This document shows positions 19,362 through 29,579 of a stretch of 64,000 bases of DNA, piece after piece. Origin of the DNA: an uncultured delta proteobacterium. GTDB taxonomy: Bacteria > Myxococcota > Myxococcia > Myxococcales > Myxococcaceae. How positions within the stretch are numbered: position 1 is the first letter of the stretch; each line of letters opens with the position of its first letter. A program made the position numbers and the translations under genes. Under the pieces are notes generated by a model. That model saw nothing but the letters and a program-made list of their open reading frames with translations. It made no database searches and was not told the DNA's origin. Location: the NCBI GenBank assembly GCA_963713045.1, contig CAVQKE010000001.1, positions 352,001-416,000 on the forward strand, in the 5' to 3' direction.

Positions 19362-20023
19362 CCGCCAAGGCCGCGTTCTACGACGTCGATGGAACGCTGG
19401 TGAAAACCAACATCGTTCACACCTACGCTTACTATGCGATGAACCGAGGCTCGCTCTCGGGCATCGCCGGGCGGACGCTTGCCGCTGCTGCGCAGGTGCC
19501 TCTCTACGCCGCGCTCGACCTAGTCAACCGCAAGTGGTTCAACGAGTACTTTTACCGAGCCTACGCCGGTCTCAGTGAGGACCGGCTGGTGGTCCTCGGA
19601 GAGGAGATGTTGGAGGAAGTGCTCAAGCCGGCTGTCTTCCCGAAGGCCCAAGACCTCATCGACGAGGCCCGGCGAGCCGGCTGTCGCATCGTCTTCATCA
19701 CCGGCGCATTGGACTTCACGGTTGTACCCCTGGCGCGGCTCCTCGGCGCCGATGACGTCATCGCCAACAAGATGCAATTCGTTGGCGGAATCGCCACCGG
19801 CAAGGTGATTCCTCCCATTATTGAAGGAGCCAACAAGGCCCACGCCATCCGGGACTACTGCGTCAAACATGGGCTGGCCCTGGACCAGAGCTTTGCCTAT
19901 TCGGATAGCTTCTCCGACTACGCCATGCTGGCCATGGTGGGACGCCCCACTGCGGTGAACCCCGACGTTCGGTTACGGTCGGTTGCGCGCGCCTACCACT
20001 GGCCAGTGCTCGACTTGAGGTGA
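19358..20023 (+). CDS. HAD-IB family phosphatase (ElbB-like)
   Basis: [27 protein letters not shown] overlap with upstream gene. Confidence 0.88.
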   Translation: MTAKAAFYDVDGTLVKTNIVHTYAYYAMNRGSLSGIAGRTLAAAAQVPLYAALDLVNRKWFNEYFYRAYAGLSEDRLVVLGEEMLEEVLKPAVFPKAQDLIDEARRAGCRIVFITGALDFTVVPLARLLGADDVIANKMQFVGGIATGKVIPPIIEGANKAHAIRDYCVKHGLALDQSFAYSDSFSDYAMLAMVGRPTAVNPDVRLRSVARAYHWPVLDLR

Positions 20024-20024
20024 C

Positions 20025-21638
20025 ATGCGTCCGCTGAAGACATTGAAGCGGCTCTACGACGAGAACAACCAGGTCGTGGTGACCGAGAAGGGCAGCCCGC
20101 CACGCATCATCTTCCACGGCGAGGACTTCCTGCTCGAAGACCTGCCGCTTGGCACGCGGGTCATCTTCGCGCGCTTGCCATTGCAGCCAGTCCCCAACCC
20201 CAAGGCCGCCATCCGCTGGGCGCTCAATCACCCGGAGGGAATGGAGCCGCTGCATGCCCTTCTCCGGCCCGGAATGAAGGTGACCATCGCCCTGGACGAC
20301 ATCTCGCTGCCGCTACCACCGATGGTCACTCCCGACGCCCGGCAGACGGTGCTGGAGATTGTGCTCGAACTGTTGGCCGACTCCGGGGTGGATGACGTCC
20401 ATCTGGTGGTCGCCAATGCACTGCACCGGAGGATGACCGACGCCGAAATGAAGCGGATGGTGGGGGAGAAAATCTTCACCGCCTTCCACCCCGACCGCTA
20501 CTACAACCACGATGCGGAAGACCCGGATGGGATGCTGGAGTTGGAGCGAACCGCCCACGGTGAAGTGGTGGCCATCAACCGCCGCGCGGCAGAGAGCGAC
20601 CTGCTCATCTACGTCAACATCAACCTGGTCCCGATGGACGGCGGCCACAAGTCGGTGGGGACCGGTCTGGCCAACTACGAAAGCCTCCGGGCACACCACA
20701 ACCCGAAAACCATCCGCGAGTCAGAGAGCTACATGGAGCCGAGCACGAGCGCGCTCCACCGCAGCACCGAGCGCATCGGACGGGTCATCGACCAACACCT
20801 CAAGGTGTTCCACATCGAAACCGTCCTCAACAACCGGATGTTTGATGGGCCCACCGCCTTTTTGGGAAAGCGGGAAGAGGACTTCACCGAGGTGGACCGG
20901 CTCAAATTCCAGGCGCTCCGCTATACCCTCTCCAAGCTGCCGCGGGTGGCCAAGCGCAAACTGATGATGTCGGTGCCGGCGCCCTACGACATCATCTCGG
21001 TCAACGCCGGGGCCACCGAGCCCTGCCATGAGAAGACGCTCGAGGCCTGCTGGCGGCAGTACAGCGTGCCAGTGCAAGGCCAGAGTGACATCGTCATCTG
21101 GGGAGTGCCCTACATCTCTCCCTACAACGTCAACTCCATCCTCAATCCGCTGCTGGTCCAGGTGATGGGGCTGGGGTACCTATTCAACCTGAACCGCGGC
21201 ATTCCGCTGGTGAGGAAGGGCGGCGTGGTCATCCTCTGTCACCCGGCCTACGACGAATTCGACCCTGAGCACCACCCCAGTTACATCGAATTCTTCAACC
21301 GGCTGCTCCCTGAAACCCGCGACGCGATGGTGCTGGAACACAAATACGAGAGGGAATTCGCCACCAATCCCTCCTACGTGCACCTGTACCGCAAGGGGAA
21401 TGCCTACCACGGCGCCCATCCCTTCTACATGTGGTACTGGGGCGAAAATGGCCGGCAGCACGTCGGCAAAGTCATCGTCGCCGGCGCGGAAAACAACCAT
21501 GTGCCAGAGCTTCTCGGCTGGGAACGGACGGACACGCTGGCGGAGGCCATCGACTTGGCCCGAGGCGTCATGGGACGCAGCGCCTCCATCACGCTGGTGA
21601 AGTCGACCCCCATTCTCCAGACCGACGTCCGCCTCTAG
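20025..21638 (+). CDS. Lactate racemase (LarA/DUF2088)-domain protein (ElbC-like)
   Basis: [33 protein letters not shown] resemble LarA N-domain motifs. Confidence 0.75.
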   Translation: MRPLKTLKRLYDENNQVVVTEKGSPPRIIFHGEDFLLEDLPLGTRVIFARLPLQPVPNPKAAIRWALNHPEGMEPLHALLRPGMKVTIALDDISLPLPPMVTPDARQTVLEIVLELLADSGVDDVHLVVANALHRRMTDAEMKRMVGEKIFTAFHPDRYYNHDAEDPDGMLELERTAHGEVVAINRRAAESDLLIYVNINLVPMDGGHKSVGTGLANYESLRAHHNPKTIRESESYMEPSTSALHRSTERIGRVIDQHLKVFHIETVLNNRMFDGPTAFLGKREEDFTEVDRLKFQALRYTLSKLPRVAKRKLMMSVPAPYDIISVNAGATEPCHEKTLEACWRQYSVPVQGQSDIVIWGVPYISPYNVNSILNPLLVQVMGLGYLFNLNRGIPLVRKGGVVILCHPAYDEFDPEHHPSYIEFFNRLLPETRDAMVLEHKYEREFATNPSYVHLYRKGNAYHGAHPFYMWYWGENGRQHVGKVIVAGAENNHVPELLGWERTDTLAEAIDLARGVMGRSASITLVKSTPILQTDVRL

Positions 21639-21660
21639 ACTGCGAGGGCCGCGCAACACC

Positions 21661-24600
21661 ATGGTCGAACCCGCCCCGCTCGACGTCGCCCAAGTCCTGA
21701 CTGGCAAGCATCTGCTGTTCGCCGGCAGCAGCGGCTTCGTCGGTAAGGTGGCCCTTTCCCTGCTCTTGCACCGCTATGGGCAGCAGTTGTCCCGGGTGTC
21801 GGTGGTGGTTCGGCGTGGCTCTTCGGTCTCCGCCGAGTCGCGCTTCTTCGACAAGTTGCTGCCAGGGGAGCCCTTCCGCCCGTTGCGTGAGGAGCTGGGG
21901 GACAGCGCTGCCGAGGCCTTCGTCCGCTCACGGGTCCAAGTGCTGGAGGGGGACGTCACCGACGCCAGCTTTGGCCTGTCGGAGGAGAGGCTGGCGTCGC
22001 TCCGCGGCTCGGTGTCCGCCATCCTTAACTGCGCCGGACTGGTTTCCTTCAGCCCCTCGCTGGAGGTAGGCCTCAAGGTCAACACCCTGGGCGTCCAAAA
22101 TGCGGTCGACCTGGCGCTGCGCCTGGAGGTGCCACTGGTTCACGTCTCGACGGCCTTCGTCGCCGGCAACCGTTCGGGCCTGGTTTTCGAGGACGAGGAC
22201 ATCATCGGCTACTTCCCCAAGCGGGGGGAGCTGGATGGGCGGGACTTTTCGCTTCAGCGCGAGCTCGCCGACTGTCGCGAGGAGGTCAGCCGGCTGCGCA
22301 GCAAGGCGGAGGACGCTGCGCTGACGGCCGTCTTCCGCCGGCGGGCCATTGAAAGGCTGGAATACGAGGGACGCGACGCCGGTGACGAGAAGGCGGTCCG
22401 GCTGGCGGTGGGGCGTGAGCGGAAGTTGTGGCTGACGCAGAAGCTGGTGGACGCCGGCATGGACCGGGCGCGCCAGTGGGGATGGCCCAACACCTACACC
22501 TACACCAAGTCCCTGGGCGAGCAGGTGATGGCCGGTACGCCCGGGCTGCGCTACGCCATCGTCCGGCCGAGCATTGTGGAGAGTGCGCTGCAGTACCCCT
22601 TTCCGGGCTGGAATGAGGGCTTCACGACCTCCGCGCCGCTGGCCTACGCCGGGCTGAAGGGCCAGCGCAGCCTCCCCACCGGCGAGCACACCATCCTGGA
22701 CATCGTCCCCGTGGACTTGGTGGCCGCTTCCCTCATCGCCATCACCGCCCACACGCTGACGACGCGTGAGCGGCGCGTCTACCACCAGGCCTCAGGCGAC
22801 GTAAATCCGCTTTATGCGGCCCGTTCCTCGGAGCTGGTGGGCCTCTACCGCCGGCGCTTCTTCCGCAACAAGTCCACCGGCAGCAAGGTGTGGAATGAAG
22901 TGCAGAGTCGGCTCGAGCCGCGTGCGGTCAGCAAACGGGCCTTTCAGCTTCGCTCGACACCGCTGTTTGCAACCGGAGCGAGGCTACTGCGTGAAACGCT
23001 GGAGCGCGTTCAGCCACAGTGGGGAGCTCCGCGCGTCTCGGCGATGCTGGAGCGGGCCCAGGACCGGCTGTTGGACGTCGAGGAGCAGGCTCGCTCGTTC
23101 TCCGCCCTGGTGGAGCTCTTCCTCCCCTTCATCTGGGACAACCATTACGTCTTTCGCTGCGACAACACGCGCTCCGTCTACCGGCGTCTTTTGCCCGAGG
23201 ACGCGGCGCGGCTTCCCTGGCACCCGGAGGCGATTGACTGGCGACAGTACTTTTTGGACGTCCACTTGCCGGGCCTCGAAAAATGGGTGTTTCCGGCGTT
23301 GGAAGAGGAGCGCGAGCGGCGCACCGCCATCCACGCCCACCGCGACTTGCTCGAGCTGTTTGACGCCTCGGTTCGGGCCCACCGCCACCGGGTCGCCTTC
23401 CGCTTGGTCGAGGGCGAGCGCGAGGAGCGCTTCACCTATGGCGAAACGGCGCGCTGGACGGCACGGGTGGGAAGCTTCCTCGCCCGGGCCGGCGTGGCGC
23501 CCCGGACGCGGGTGCTGTTGGTCAGCGAAAACCGGCCCGAGTGGGCCTTCGCTTACTTTGGCATTTTGAGGGCTGGGGCGACGGTGGTGCCCGTCGACGC
23601 CGCCTCCAGCGAGGCGGAGACGGTCAACATCGCCCGACGCTCAGAAGCCCGGGCGGTCCTGCTTTCGGAGAATGCGGCTCGGGATTTGCCCGGCCTCTTC
23701 AAGGCGCTCGCCGATGCCGGGCTGTCGACGCAGGTTTTTACCTTGGCGCAGGCGATGGAAGGCGACGGCACGGCCCCGGACCACATCGCGCCTCTCGGCA
23801 AGTCCACCGCGCCAGACGACGTCGCGTCCCTGATTTTCACCAGCGGCACAACCGGACGGCCGAAGGGGGTGATGCTCACCCACCGCAACTTCGCCTCGCT
23901 GGTGCCGAAACTGGCCGGCTCGTTCGACTTTGGCGTCGGGGATGGACTGCTCTCGGTGCTGCCGCTGCACCACACCTTTGAGTTCTCCGCTGGCCTACTG
24001 ACGCCCTTCAGCCGCGGGGCGGAAATTACCTACCTCGACGAGCTCACCACCGACCGGTTGGGCGACGTCTTCGAAACCGGTCGCATCACGGCGATGATTG
24101 GGGTGCCGGCGCTGTGGTCGCTGCTGCATCGAAAAATCACCCAGGAGTTTGCGGCCAAGCCCGCCCTGGTGGAACAGGCCCTGCGCGGGCTGATGAGTGC
24201 CCACGGCGAGCTGCGGAACCGCCGCAACATCAACCTGGGCAAGCTGCTTTTCTGGCCCATTCACCGGCGCTTCGGCGGCCGCATCAAGTTTCTGGTGAGT
24301 GGCGGCTCGGCGCTGCCAGACGAAGTCCATCAGGCATTCCACGCACTGGGCTTTGACTTGAGTGAGGGCTACGGGCTGACGGAAGCCGCGCCCGTCCTGA
24401 CGGTGGCCGCCGCAGCAAACCGGCGCAGCCCGGGAAACGTGGGCAAGGCGCTGCCCGGCATCGAAGTCAAAATCCACAACCCCGACGCCGACGGCGTGGG
24501 AGAGGTGTGGGCCCGTGGCCCAAGCGTCATGGCCGGCTACTTTGGAGACCGCGAGGCCACCGACTCCACTCTCATCGACGGCTGGCTGCGCACCGGCGAC

Positions 24601-26043
24601 GTGGGCCGGCTCGACGGCGAGGGGCGCCTGAGCCTGCTCGGCCGCGAGAAGGACGTCATCATCGACGCCGGTGGGAAGAACGTGTACCCGGATGAGCTGG
24701 AGGAACTCTACGCCGCCCACCCCCGGGTGAAGGAATTGTCCATCGTCGGACTACCGGACGACAGCGGCGCGGAGCGAGTCGCCTGCCTCTGCGTTCCGGA
24801 TTACGCAGACCGGCGGCGCGGGGAGGTGCGGGCCGAGTTGGAGGAGCACTTTCGCGCCGTCTCCGCCGACCTCCCCTTCCACCGGCGCGTCAAGGTGTTG
24901 CGCTTCTGGGAAGGGGAGCTTCCGCGCACCAGCACCAAGAAAGTGAGGCGGCCAGAAGTCCTGGGGGAGCTGCAGCGCCTCGAGAAGCTGGCCTCCAGCA
25001 GAGAGCGGGTCCGCACCGCTCCGCGAGCCACCGGTTGGCTCGAGGCCCTGGTGGCGGAGGTGGTGGGCCGTTCCATCGCGGAGGTGACTTCTGCCTCGCG
25101 TCTGGTGGCCGACCTCGGGTTTGACTCGCTGTTACTGACTGAGCTCTCGGTGGCCTTGGAAACGGCCGGCGTCCCGGTTCGCGATGTCAGCGACCTCAGT
25201 GGGCTACAGACGGTGGATGACTTACGCCGGTTGGTGGCTGCCTCGGGTCGGCGGGGACGGGAACCGGAGCCAGTGGACGTCGCCACCGAAGCCAACGCCC
25301 GGGAAATTCCGGTCCCGGCCCCGGTGGCCTCCTTGGGCCGGACGCTGCTTTCCTTTGGCCAGAAGGTTCTCTACGGCGGCCTCTTCGAAGTGCAGGTCAC
25401 CGGTCAGGCCTTCATCCCCCAAAACCGCAACGTGCTGGTCATCGCCAACCACAGCAGTCACTTGGACATGGGGCTGGTGAAAACCGTGCTCGGCGAGCAA
25501 GGCCAAAGGCTGGCCGCCCTGGCTGCACGGGACTACTTCTTCGACACTCCCCTCAAACGGGCCTACTTCGAAAATTTTACCAACCTCATCCCCATGGACC
25601 GGCACGGAAGCCTGCGCGAGTCGCTCCGGCTGGCGGGCGAGGCGCTGCAGCAGGGTTACCACCTGCTTATTTTTCCCGAAGGTACCCGGTCGGTGAACGG
25701 CGTCCTCCAGGAATTCAAGCCCACCCTGGGCTACTTGGCGCTCAGCTACGACGTGGACGTCCTGCCGCTTTACATTGAGGGAACCCATGCCGCCCTCCCC
25801 AAGGGCGCCATGTTTCCGAAGCGCAAGCCGTTGAACGTCCGCATCGGGCCTCCGCTGCTGGTGAGCGAGCTGAAGCGCCGGACGCAAGGGCTGGCCCGAA
25901 GTGAGAGCTACCGGGTGGTGACGCGGATTGCGGAGCAGGCGGTGCGTGCGCTGCAGAACCACACCGTCTTCGACTTGGAAGCCCAGGCCGAGTTGGTGGC
26001 CCCAACCACCCGCCGCTCCAGCGGCGGGGGCTCCGAGTCGTGA
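21661..26043 (+). CDS. elbD: Multidomain fatty acyl reductase - adenylation - ACP - acyltransferase (ether lipid biosynthesis ElbD-like)
   Basis: GSSGFVGK and YTYTKSLGE (FAR); IFTSGTTGRPKG, YGLTE, RTGD (AMP-binding); DLGFDSL (ACP); NHSSHLD, FPEGTRS (acyltransferase). Same domain order as Myxococcus xanthus ElbD. Confidence 0.9.
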   Translation: MVEPAPLDVAQVLTGKHLLFAGSSGFVGKVALSLLLHRYGQQLSRVSVVVRRGSSVSAESRFFDKLLPGEPFRPLREELGDSAAEAFVRSRVQVLEGDVTDASFGLSEERLASLRGSVSAILNCAGLVSFSPSLEVGLKVNTLGVQNAVDLALRLEVPLVHVSTAFVAGNRSGLVFEDEDIIGYFPKRGELDGRDFSLQRELADCREEVSRLRSKAEDAALTAVFRRRAIERLEYEGRDAGDEKAVRLAVGRERKLWLTQKLVDAGMDRARQWGWPNTYTYTKSLGEQVMAGTPGLRYAIVRPSIVESALQYPFPGWNEGFTTSAPLAYAGLKGQRSLPTGEHTILDIVPVDLVAASLIAITAHTLTTRERRVYHQASGDVNPLYAARSSELVGLYRRRFFRNKSTGSKVWNEVQSRLEPRAVSKRAFQLRSTPLFATGARLLRETLERVQPQWGAPRVSAMLERAQDRLLDVEEQARSFSALVELFLPFIWDNHYVFRCDNTRSVYRRLLPEDAARLPWHPEAIDWRQYFLDVHLPGLEKWVFPALEEERERRTAIHAHRDLLELFDASVRAHRHRVAFRLVEGEREERFTYGETARWTARVGSFLARAGVAPRTRVLLVSENRPEWAFAYFGILRAGATVVPVDAASSEAETVNIARRSEARAVLLSENAARDLPGLFKALADAGLSTQVFTLAQAMEGDGTAPDHIAPLGKSTAPDDVASLIFTSGTTGRPKGVMLTHRNFASLVPKLAGSFDFGVGDGLLSVLPLHHTFEFSAGLLTPFSRGAEITYLDELTTDRLGDVFETGRITAMIGVPALWSLLHRKITQEFAAKPALVEQALRGLMSAHGELRNRRNINLGKLLFWPIHRRFGGRIKFLVSGGSALPDEVHQAFHALGFDLSEGYGLTEAAPVLTVAAAANRRSPGNVGKALPGIEVKIHNPDADGVGEVWARGPSVMAGYFGDREATDSTLIDGWLRTGDVGRLDGEGRLSLLGREKDVIIDAGGKNVYPDELEELYAAHPRVKELSIVGLPDDSGAERVACLCVPDYADRRRGEVRAELEEHFRAVSADLPFHRRVKVLRFWEGELPRTSTKKVRRPEVLGELQRLEKLASSRERVRTAPRATGWLEALVAEVVGRSIAEVTSASRLVADLGFDSLLLTELSVALETAGVPVRDVSDLSGLQTVDDLRRLVAASGRRGREPEPVDVATEANAREIPVPAPVASLGRTLLSFGQKVLYGGLFEVQVTGQAFIPQNRNVLVIANHSSHLDMGLVKTVLGEQGQRLAALAARDYFFDTPLKRAYFENFTNLIPMDRHGSLRESLRLAGEALQQGYHLLIFPEGTRSVNGVLQEFKPTLGYLALSYDVDVLPLYIEGTHAALPKGAMFPKRKPLNVRIGPPLLVSELKRRTQGLARSESYRVVTRIAEQAVRALQNHTVFDLEAQAELVAPTTRRSSGGGSES

Positions 26044-27068
26044 ACGTCCTCGTCACCGGGGCCACCGGCTTTCTTGGCACAGCGGTGGTGCGGCAGCTGG
26101 CGGAGGCTGGACACCGGGTGCGGATGGTGGGCCGTCACCCACCGCTTCCGGAGTTGTTGGCACTGGGAGAGTTTCGCGAGCTGGACCTCCAGGAAGCGGC
26201 CGCCATCCGTCCGGCGTTGGCGGGGATGGATGCGCTGCTTCATCTCGCCGGACGCGTCTCGTTCGACCCTCGCGACGGGCGGGCCATGTACCGGCTGCAC
26301 GTGGACGCCACCCGCGCCCTGCTGGAGGAGATTCGGGCCAACGGCGGCATCGGTCGGCTGGTGCTCGCCTCGACCAGTGGTACCACCGCCGTCTCCAAGA
26401 CGCAGCGCACCGGAAGCGAAGAGGACACTGCCCCGCTCGACGTCATCGGCCGCTGGCCCTACTACCTTTCCAAGGTTTACGAGGAGCGGCTGACGCTCGA
26501 CTTCTGCCGCAAGCACGCCATTCCCTTGGTGGTCTGCAACCCAAGCCTGCTGCTCGGGCCGGGAGACACCCGGCTCTCCTCCACCTGGACGGTGGCCAAG
26601 TTTCTGCAGAGGGACTTGCCGGCCATGCCCAATGGGGGCATGTGCTTCGTCGACGTGCGCGACGCCGCGGCCGCCTTCGTCGCCGCACTGAGCCGCGGCG
26701 AGCTGTACGGAAAGCATCTGCTGGGCGTCAACCTCTCGATGGCCGACTTCTTCCAGCGCCTAGAGCGCCTCTCCGGCGTGCCAGCGCCCCGGCTGAGGCT
26801 GCCCTCAAGAGTGAATGTCCTCGGCGCACAGCTGCTCGAGCGCTTGGCCAAGGCGCGCGGACGAGAGCCCGCGCTGGATGCGGCCAGCGTGGAAATCGCG
26901 GAGCACTGGTTTTGGGTGGACAGCCGCAAGGCCGAGCAGCTGCTTAGTTTTCACGCGCGAGACGTGCACGAGACGCTGCTCGACACGGTGACGGACCTCA
27001 TTCAGCGGATGCCGGAGCAATCCTGGCCAGGGACCAAAGGCCGCCTGGCCGAGCTGCGGCGGGAGTGA
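26040..27068 (+). CDS. NAD-dependent epimerase/dehydratase (ElbE-like)
   Basis: VTGATGFLG, HLAG, YYLSK, FVDVRD; GTGA overlap with elbD. Confidence 0.88.
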   Translation: MNVLVTGATGFLGTAVVRQLAEAGHRVRMVGRHPPLPELLALGEFRELDLQEAAAIRPALAGMDALLHLAGRVSFDPRDGRAMYRLHVDATRALLEEIRANGGIGRLVLASTSGTTAVSKTQRTGSEEDTAPLDVIGRWPYYLSKVYEERLTLDFCRKHAIPLVVCNPSLLLGPGDTRLSSTWTVAKFLQRDLPAMPNGGMCFVDVRDAAAAFVAALSRGELYGKHLLGVNLSMADFFQRLERLSGVPAPRLRLPSRVNVLGAQLLERLAKARGREPALDAASVEIAEHWFWVDSRKAEQLLSFHARDVHETLLDTVTDLIQRMPEQSWPGTKGRLAELRRE

Positions 27069-28487
27069 AGGCGCCCTTTTTCGCTCGCCCCGGACCGACG
27101 GCCGCGGCGCTCGCGCTGCTCATCGCCTCGGCTGCGCTGGTCGCGCCGTGGACCGGGCACGTCGACGACACCGACTCTCAGCTGTACCAGGTGGTGGCGC
27201 GCCACATGGTGGAGGACGGCAGCTGGCTCGACTTGCGCTACCTGCCCGGGGTGCACCCCAGCTTTCGCGAGCACTTGCCCTTCGGGCTGTGGCCCTGGGC
27301 GTTGGCCATCCGCCTCGGCGGCGAGCGGGCGCTGGCCCCCCTGGCCGGCCTGTTTACCCTGGGCACCCTCCTCCTGGTGGCGTGGCTGGGCCGGCGTTTC
27401 GGGGGCTGGGCCATGGCCGCCCTCGCCCTGTTGGTGCTGGGCACCACCGAGTCCTTCATTGTGTACGGGGCGGCCGCGCCTGGACCCGTTGCTGTTGCTG
27501 CTTGTCGTCGCCTCCATGGCCCCGGTGCTGGCCTGGCCGGCCAGTGCCCGGCGGTGGCTGTTGGGGGCTGCGTTTGCTGCCGGAGCGGCGTTGGTGAAGG
27601 GGCCCTTCGGGCTGTTGCCCTTCCTCGCCGCGGGACTCAGCCTCGCCGCGCAGTCGCGCAGCGCGCGCCTGCTGGCCCGCGCCCTGTTTTTCACCCTGCT
27701 TGCCACGCTGCCGGTGGGTGCCTTCCTGCTGGCGGACAAGACGTGGGGCAGCGGCACCTGGTGGCGGGGCTACCTGGACTCCCAACTTCTCGCCTCCGCC
27801 ACCGGCAGCCGCCTGGACGGACTCGAGCCTTGGTGGTTTCCCTTTTCCACCGTCGCCACGCGCTTCTGGCCTGGCCTTCCGCTGGTGGGGCTGGGGCTGG
27901 CGCGGGCCGCCGGCTGGCCTCGCCAGTTGGACGTGGAGAGGCCTCCCACGCCGCAGGTGGCTCGGCGGCTGGCCCTTTGCGCGCTTTTGGTGCTGCTGGG
28001 ACTGGCCCTGCCTGAGCGCAAGGTGTGGCACCACGCCCTGGTGGCCTACCCGCTGCTGGCCCTGCTGGCCGCGGCCGGGGGAACGCCCGTGCTTCGCCGC
28101 TGGCTGTCCACCGTGCGCCGGCAGCGGACCGCGCTGGCGGCACTGGCGGCGCTGGCGGGGGTGTGCCTCGGCTTCGTCGCCGCCGGCGGCGGCGCCCGGG
28201 TGTGGAGGCCGTGTGTCGTGGCGGAGGAGTTTCACAGCGAATTGGACGCCCTTGGCCCCGGGCAGGCGGTGCTGGTGGTGTCGGAGCCGCCGCACTGGCG
28301 CATGGTGGCTGCCCTTGCTGCGGAAAAACGCCTGGAGCCCTGGATGGCACCCACCCTCGCTGGGGCGCCCGCGCACGGCGCCCGGCTGGCCCTGGTGGAG
28401 AGTCACCTGTTGCCGAGCGGCACGCTGCCGGCGCCTTGGCAGCGGGCCAAGGAAGCGCGGGGCTGGGTGCTGTTGCGCCGGGAGTAG
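27065..28487 (+). pseudogene. ArnT/PMT-like (GT-C fold) membrane glycosyltransferase, frameshifted at G4 (27467-27470)
   Basis: DDTDSQLYQVVARHM..W, EHLP in the first frame; RLDP, LVKGPFG, K..HH..YP in the second frame; multi-TM. Confidence 0.75.
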
Positions 28488-28493
28488 GGGGGC

Positions 28494-29579
28494 CTACTGA
28501 CTCTCCGTTTCTTCCCGGAGGAGGCGCGCTTTGCGCGCGGCGCCCCAGCGGTAGCCTCCCACGCTGCCGTCCGCATGGACGACGCGGTGGCAGGGGATGA
28601 GGACGGCCACCGGGTTTCTGGCGCAGGCCTGCGCCACCGCGCGCGCCGCATGGGGGGCCCGCACCGTACGGGCGACGTCCCGGTAGCTGGCCGTTTGCCC
28701 CGGGGGAATGGCCTGGAGGGCCTTCCAGACGCGCAGCTGGAAGGCCGTCCCGTGAATGTCCAAAGGGACGCTGGGCGACTTCCACGGGCGGTCCACGCTG
28801 TGCACTGCCTGCTGCACCCAAGCCGCCTCGGCCTTGCTTGCCGGGACCAGCACCGCCTGTGGGTATTCTGCCCGCAGCTCGGCCAGCAGGGCTGCGTCGG
28901 AGTTGCCGAAGGCCACGCGGCACACGCCGCGCTCGGTGGTGGCCACCAATGTGCGGCCCAGCGAAGTCTCGGTGACGGCGTAGCCAATGCGCTGGCCTGC
29001 GCCCCGGGCGCGGTAGGCCGAGGGCGTCATGCCCAGCTGGTTGCGCGTCCGGGCGTAGGCCCGGCTCGGTGCCTGGTAGCCGGCCGCATAAATGGCAGCG
29101 CTCACCCCGTCTTCCGTCCGCAGCGCCTCCTTCAGCTGGCGAAAACGCCGCGCCTCCACGTAGGCCTTGGGGGACAGGCCGGTGTGCCGTTTGAAGAGGC
29201 GTTGCAGGTAACCCGGGCTGAGGCTGACGGCTTGGGCCAGCTGAGCCAAGGTGGGCACCGGCTGGACGTCGGCCGCAAGCAATGCCCGGACGCGCTCCAC
29301 CACCGCCTCGGCCGGCCCGAGGGCCGCCTGGGGGTGGCAGCGCTGGCATGCGCGGTACCCCTGACGCTCGGCCGCCGCGGCCGAGGGAAGGAAGCGGACG
29401 TTGCTGCGCAGCGGCCGGCGGGAAGGACAAGACGGGCGGCAGTAAACGGTGGTGGTTTCCACGGCGTAGACGAAGCGGCCGTCCCAGCCGCGGTCACGCT
29501 GCAACACCGCACGCCAATAGGCCTCGGCGTCCAACTCCAACGGTCTTTCGACCACTTCCACTTCAGCTTGGGCCTGCAT
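28494..29579 (-). CDS. ada: Bifunctional Ada regulator / O6-methylguanine-DNA methyltransferase
   Basis: YCRPSC and RACQRC zinc site, AraC-type HTH, GTAFQ..VW, IPCHRV; start ATG 29579. Confidence 0.95.
   Translation of the reverse strand: MQAQAEVEVVERPLELDAEAYWRAVLQRDRGWDGRFVYAVETTTVYCRPSCPSRRPLRSNVRFLPSAAAAERQGYRACQRCHPQAALGPAEAVVERVRALLAADVQPVPTLAQLAQAVSLSPGYLQRLFKRHTGLSPKAYVEARRFRQLKEALRTEDGVSAAIYAAGYQAPSRAYARTRNQLGMTPSAYRARGAGQRIGYAVTETSLGRTLVATTERGVCRVAFGNSDAALLAELRAEYPQAVLVPASKAEAAWVQQAVHSVDRPWKSPSVPLDIHGTAFQLRVWKALQAIPPGQTASYRDVARTVRAPHAARAVAQACARNPVAVLIPCHRVVHADGSVGGYRWGAARKARLLREETESQ

Noticed and set aside
18680..20023. 447-aa HAD protein
   Set aside because: N-part overlaps the SDR gene in another frame; HAD motif I starts at 19358.
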